Shown: piece by piece, positions 7,146 through 10,595 of the stretch
Layout: each line of letters opens with the position of its first letter
Position numbering within the stretch: the first letter of the stretch is position 1
Source: Gammaproteobacteria bacterium
GTDB taxonomy: Bacteria > Pseudomonadota > Gammaproteobacteria > GCA-001735895
Assembly (NCBI GenBank): GCA_050298595.1
Contig: JBNKUM010000031.1
Span: forward strand, 1-10,595
DNA: 10,595 bases
Direction: 5' to 3'
Program-made: the position numbers and the translations under genes
The notes under the pieces: generated by a model
Databases searched by the model: none
The model's input: the letters and a program-made list of their open reading frames with translations, nothing else
What the model was told of the DNA's origin: nothing

Positions 7146-8348
7146 GTGGAAACACACAGCTTCTTTCTACAATTGCTCGCAATCCTGTTAATGGCGCGTT
7201 TATTGGCAGAAATTGCTGTTCGTTTTGAGCTCCCCTCAGTCATCGGTGAGTTAACCGCCGGTGTTATTCTAGGTCCCAGCCTGTTGGGCTGGTTACAGCC
7301 CAATGAAGTACTCAAACTACTGGCTGAGATCGGTATCATACTGCTACTGTTTCAGGTAGGTCTGGAAACCGATATTCGGCGACTGGTAAATAGCGGGCAA
7401 AAGTCTCTGGTAGTGGCTATTGGCGGATTTTTTGTGCCATTTATTCTGGGTTACTGGTTAAGCAGCAGTGTGTTTGAGCTGCCCGTGCTGGTGAGCCTGT
7501 TTATCGGTGGTACATTAACGGCAACCAGTATAGGAATTACCGTTCGAGTACTTGCTGACCTGGGTCGTCAACATTCACCGGAAGGCCAGATTGTACTCGG
7601 TGCTGCAGTACTGGATGATATATTGGGCGTTGTATTGCTAGCCCTGCTATATGAGTTTTCTATTGGAGGTGGCATTAATTTATTGAATATCGGTAAGGTG
7701 GTTCTGTTCATTGCTACCTTTTTTGTGCTGGCTCCTTTAGCTGCAAAACTGATCTCGGTACTGATTCATCGCTTTGATAAGATTAATCATATGCCGGGAT
7801 TAATCCCGACGACTATCGTCTCTCTGGTATTGTTTTTTGCCTGGCTCGCGCATGCGGTAGGTGCCCCTGAATTACTCGGCGGGTTTGCAGCCGGTCTGGC
7901 TCTATCGAGACGTTTTTTTCTACCCTTTGGGGTGGCATTGAGTACCGATGCTGCGTTTTCAAATCGTATCGATACCCAGATGAAACCGATCATCCAGTTA
8001 TTTATTCCGATATTTTTTGTTATGGTCGGTGTGTCATTGAATCTGCATCAAATCGACTGGTCTTCAAGTTATATCTGGGTTTTCTCACTATTATTCTTTG
8101 TGCTTTCCATCGTTGGAAAATTTGCAGGAGCCTTTTTCATTCGCGAATCAACGCATATGAAATCTATGATTGGCCTGGCGATGGTACCGCGCGGAGAGGT
8201 GGGTATTATCTTTGCTGAACTCGGCAGGGTGAGCGATATCTTTAGCAACGAAATTTATGCAGCGATGATTATAGTAATCGCACTCACTACGATAGTACCA
8301 CCACTACTCATGAAGTGGTTATATGCACGCTATGGCAGCCCAATGTAA
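7146..8348 (+). CDS. Cation:proton antiporter, CPA2 (NapA/KefB-like, no cytoplasmic KTN domain)
   Basis: 400 aa, about 12-13 hydrophobic helices. Motifs LPSVIGEL.AGVILGPS, LLFQVGLETD, TATSIGIT, GAAVLDD (CPA2 DD motif), PIFFVMVG, GKFAG, MVPRGEVG. GTG start. Confidence 0.93.
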   Translation: METHSFFLQLLAILLMARLLAEIAVRFELPSVIGELTAGVILGPSLLGWLQPNEVLKLLAEIGIILLLFQVGLETDIRRLVNSGQKSLVVAIGGFFVPFILGYWLSSSVFELPVLVSLFIGGTLTATSIGITVRVLADLGRQHSPEGQIVLGAAVLDDILGVVLLALLYEFSIGGGINLLNIGKVVLFIATFFVLAPLAAKLISVLIHRFDKINHMPGLIPTTIVSLVLFFAWLAHAVGAPELLGGFAAGLALSRRFFLPFGVALSTDAAFSNRIDTQMKPIIQLFIPIFFVMVGVSLNLHQIDWSSSYIWVFSLLFFVLSIVGKFAGAFFIRESTHMKSMIGLAMVPRGEVGIIFAELGRVSDIFSNEIYAAMIIVIALTTIVPPLLMKWLYARYGSPM

Positions 8349-8453
8349 TTGCCTATTGATCAATGGTTACTTCAATAACCTAATACTAACGAGTGATAGC
8401 TAAGACTCAGTAAACGATTGAAATCAGCATATAATATCGGCACAGTAGCTAGC

Positions 8454-8717
8454 ATGAAAAAAGATCAAAAAAATAACCCATTGCATGGCGTTACGCTTGA
8501 AATGGTTGTAACGAGATTGGTGGACCGTTTCGGCTGGGTTGGGTTAGCTCAGAGAATCGACATCAATTGTTTTAAGAGTGACCCATCTATTAAGTCATCA
8601 CTGAAATTTTTACGTAAGACCCCATGGGCCAGAGACAAGGTTGAGAGTTTATATATCGCAACAGTCGAAAAACCATCTCCCTGGGATAATTTCAAAAAGG
8701 ATAAATTTAACAAATGA
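8454..8717 (+). CDS. VF530 family (DUF2132) small putative nucleic-acid-binding protein
   Basis: Signature [10 protein letters not shown].....L....GW..L...[34 protein letters not shown] 8454 preferred over TTG 8418. Confidence 0.9.
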   Translation: MKKDQKNNPLHGVTLEMVVTRLVDRFGWVGLAQRIDINCFKSDPSIKSSLKFLRKTPWARDKVESLYIATVEKPSPWDNFKKDKFNK

Positions 8718-8747
8718 TACAATTTTTTGCCCCAGGCAGGCATATCT

Positions 8748-9296
8748 ATGAATGATGAAATCAATTACAGTAATAACCCCTTACATGGTGTAAGTTTAAA
8801 AAGCCTGTTGACTGAAATAGTGGGTTACTATGGTTTTGATATTCTTTTTGCCTATTTACATATTAACTGTTTTAAGACTAATCCTTCGATTGAATCGAGT
8901 TTGACGTTTCTTAAGAAAACAGACTGGGCACGAGAGAAAATTGAAAACTTTTATCTTTATGAATTCAAAAATCTGCCCAGAGCATCTGACGAGCAGTTTG
9001 AATTATCACCCAGAGATCGAATAGTGCCTGATGAGCACAAGCCTGGTGAACCTGCGATATTGAGTCTGGTTGATGCTGAACAATTGCGCGAGAAGCGAGA
9101 GAGGAGGTTGGCAGAGAGGGGTGAGAACTCCAGGTTCCGGTCGGGTCCAGGCATGAATATTAGTGCCAGACGAGATAGGGCATATTCAAAAAAACGCGAA
9201 TTTGATGATACTCGCAAGGATGATAGTAATTCTAAAGGTTCTTTACGTGGATCAAATGTTAGTGATTCGGATCCCTGGGCGAAGTGGAAAAGGTAA
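8748..9296 (+). CDS. VF530 family (DUF2132) paralogue with C-terminal extension and Arg/Ser/Asp-rich tail
   Basis: [12 protein letters not shown].....YGF..L.....[29 protein letters not shown], then about 110 additional aa. ATG 8748 is preceded by AGGCAGG. Confidence 0.88.
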   Translation: MNDEINYSNNPLHGVSLKSLLTEIVGYYGFDILFAYLHINCFKTNPSIESSLTFLKKTDWAREKIENFYLYEFKNLPRASDEQFELSPRDRIVPDEHKPGEPAILSLVDAEQLREKRERRLAERGENSRFRSGPGMNISARRDRAYSKKREFDDTRKDDSNSKGSLRGSNVSDSDPWAKWKR

Positions 9297-9459
9297 TTGG
9301 AGTTTGATGAATAAGGAGCTTTCTTCAGGGTAAAGCATGCAGTTATTTTGTCATTGCTTGCACAAGTTCGGATGACATCTGGCAGTTTCAAAAAGTAGTT
9401 CTGATTTAGTCTGTGAAAGCAGATATTCGTTTGTGCGGTGCAATAGGCAAGTAGGTGCC

Positions 9460-9629
9460 CAGGCTGTGTGAAAATACGCTTCAAACTGATGACACCAACA
9501 ATATTTTCCACTACGGGGTAATTTTTAGAGAATATTTAGAGTTCAATTAGCACAAATAATACGAAATTGATCCTATATAAGCCCGTATATTCCACTTGAA
9601 AAAATGGACAATGGTTTTCAAACAGACCG
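9460..9629. mobile_element. 170-bp MITE / internally deleted IS remnant (IS1182-like ends) with 4-bp target duplication
   Basis: Left IR CAGGCTGTGTGAAAAT (9460-9475) and right IR GTTTTCAAACAGACCG (9614-9629) match at 12/16. Flanked by direct repeat TGCC (9456-9459 and 9630-9633). AT-rich interior, no transposase. IS family is from recall of GGCTGTGTGAAAAC-type ends. Confidence 0.72.
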
Positions 9630-9670
9630 TGCCAGAAGCGGTCATTGATTAATTTACCTATGAATGAGAA

Positions 9671-9724
9671 TATAATGCAACATAAGTCAATATTTGTGCG
9701 TGTCACATAATGAAGCTGTTAGCT
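9671..9724 (+). other. Possible attI-like site / cassette entry point (G|TTAGCT at 9718)
   Basis: GTTAGCT core begins 28 nt before a cassette-like ORF and is not the end of an attC hairpin. Upstream are TATAAT (9671-9676), ATGCAACATAA (9675-9685) and an imperfect dyad ATTTGTG/CACATAA (9692-9710). Confidence 0.4.
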
Positions 9725-9745
9725 TAAAAAGGAAAGGAGATAGGA

Positions 9746-10087
9746 ATGGGTGCAATTTTCGAGTTGGTTTTAAGTTTCTTAATTGAAACAATAATTTTTA
9801 TTTTTGAAGTCGTAATTTGGAATTATATTCTTTTTTATATTGGTGTTACAGTTTTAAAGATAATTACTTTTTCTAACTATCCAACAGGTATGCAACTTGA
9901 GAAGCATGTAAATGTAATAAGTGGCGCGGGTCTAAATACCATTTATATTTTTTGGGCATGCATAGCCACATACAATTACAATGAAAACATATACTTTTTA
10001 ATTGCTGGTCTTGTTGTAGCAGTAATGCAATCATTGTTAATTGCAATAAAGTATTATTCTCGTGATAGAAATCAATATGGATTTTAG
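9746..10087 (+). CDS. Hypothetical membrane protein (about 4 TM), probable integron cassette gene
   Basis: 113 aa, very hydrophobic. Strong RBS (AAGGAGATAGGA). Visibly more AT-rich than the core genes. Bounded by GTTAG upstream and an attC left half downstream. Confidence 0.78.
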   Translation: MGAIFELVLSFLIETIIFIFEVVIWNYILFYIGVTVLKIITFSNYPTGMQLEKHVNVISGAGLNTIYIFWACIATYNYNENIYFLIAGLVVAVMQSLLIAIKYYSRDRNQYGF

Positions 10088-10108
10088 ATTGTGTTTAAAT
10101 CAAAAAAA

Positions 10109-10152
10109 AAATAACAACTATCTCCACAGGACACAAAAGTGCCGTTGCGCTC
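10109..10152 (+). mobile_element. Left half of an attC site, interrupted at its apex
   Basis: AAATAAC (R''), spacer AACT, ATCTC-C-ACAGG-A (L''-like with expected extrahelical C and A), CACAAAAGTGCCG, then TTGCGCTC, similar to CTACGCTC in the attC at 143-199. The complementary right arm is absent from the window. Confidence 0.65.
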
Positions 10153-10374
10153 GTGAGCGATCTGGGAAAAGGCTGTCTAGAACAGTCATGTGAGTATGAT
10201 GGAGATGAACGAAAGTGAACCCCTGATGCGGTGTCGAAATGGAGAACGTTGCTTGTCAAAACCTGGCTATGAGTGTAAGTCTGGGATAAGTCTTGATGTT
10301 AACTGGAATACAGGCAAGACGGCAGCTGGCATAGAGGGGGCATCAACACCATACATAATCTTTATAGACACCCA
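10153..10374 (+). mobile_element. Group IIB intron ribozyme domain I, RmInt1/class D-like, partial
   Basis: Collinear with RmInt1 domain I as recalled: GTGAGCG, GAyGAACGAAAGTGAACCC, GyGTCG, GTCrAAACC, CTGGGAyAAGTC, GGCrTAGAGGGGGCrT. Internal helices visible: GTATG/CATAC, CCCCT/AGGGG, GTCTTG/CAAGAC, and CCTGGCT/AGTCTGG enclosing the EBS1 loop. Confidence 0.8.
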
Positions 10375-10595
10375 GTGCGCCGAGATAAATCGGCAAAATA
10401 TTGGCGGTGAAAGTCCGCTACCTGGTAAGGATTAGCAATCCGCCAGGACCCCGAGTCATGGGCCGACCTCGTTGGGTGATAGGGAAGGCAACACAGCTTT
10501 ATCGCGTTACAGCGAGTGATAAGGTTGACTCTCCGGAGTCATAGACCTGATGCATGTGCTGATGTCTTTTGTGCGGAACTCGGGAGATCCTGAAG
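10375..10595 (+). mobile_element. Second group IIB intron (class E/F-like), 5' end and domain I, running off the window
   Basis: Canonical 5' GTGCG. Hairpins GCCGA/TCGGC, GCGG-TGAAAGT-CCGC, CCTGG/CCAGG. Motifs CCCCGAGTCATG, GCCGAC...GGAAGGCAACA, GGAAC.CGGGAGATCC. EBS1 TGGGTG (10473-10478) is exactly complementary to the upstream CACCCA (10369-10374). Possible alpha/alpha' pair TAGC (10433-10436) / GTTA (10506-10509). Confidence 0.88.

Noticed and set aside
9318-9336. GCTTT...AAAGC hairpin after the second VF530 gene as a terminator or third repeat unit
   Set aside because: Only a 5-bp stem with no adjacent U-tract.
6947-9511. Minus-strand ORFs 6947-7339, 7787-7993, 8549-8764, 8957-9511
   Set aside because: Antisense to the antiporter and VF530 genes. 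The 184-aa ORF starts inside the MITE and has no transposase or integrase motifs.
9675-9702. Chromosomal dif site
   Set aside because: Only the XerD-like arm matches (9/11). The XerC arm does not align at the 6-bp spacing.
10190-10435. 81-aa ORF in the ORF track
   Set aside because: Runs across two structured intron RNA segments and their junction, with no reverse transcriptase motifs.
1-10595. CRISPR array, tRNA, rRNA, integrase or transposase gene
   Set aside because: No regularly spaced direct repeats, cloverleaf or rRNA-like sequence seen, and no ORF with tyrosine-recombinase, DDE or RT motifs.

Overview
This window looks like chromosomal DNA from a probable sulfur-oxidising gammaproteobacterium (inferred from dsrS plus cysG). 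All credible genes are on the + strand. The core block is dsrS, cysG (siroheme synthase), an HPP-family membrane protein, an orphan periplasmic binding protein paired with a hybrid histidine kinase, a CPA2 cation:proton antiporter and two tandem VF530/DUF2132 paralogues. Integron-type elements flank this block, but no integrase lies in the window. On the left, an ORF end is followed by a well-formed attC (143-199). On the right are an IS-derived MITE (9460-9629, 4-bp duplication), a possible attI-like site and an AT-rich cassette ORF followed by only the left half of an attC. The most interesting signal is that this attC is broken at its apex by an RmInt1-like group IIB intron domain I (from 10153). 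Its EBS1 loop is complementary to the attC apex motif T(A/G)CGCTC, which also occurs in the intact left-hand attC. A second, different group IIB intron starts at 10375 (GTGCG) and its EBS1 pairs perfectly with the preceding 6 nt, suggesting an intron-in-intron-in-attC nest. Both domain I copies appear internally shortened. Family and class assignments come from motif recognition and recall, not database searches.
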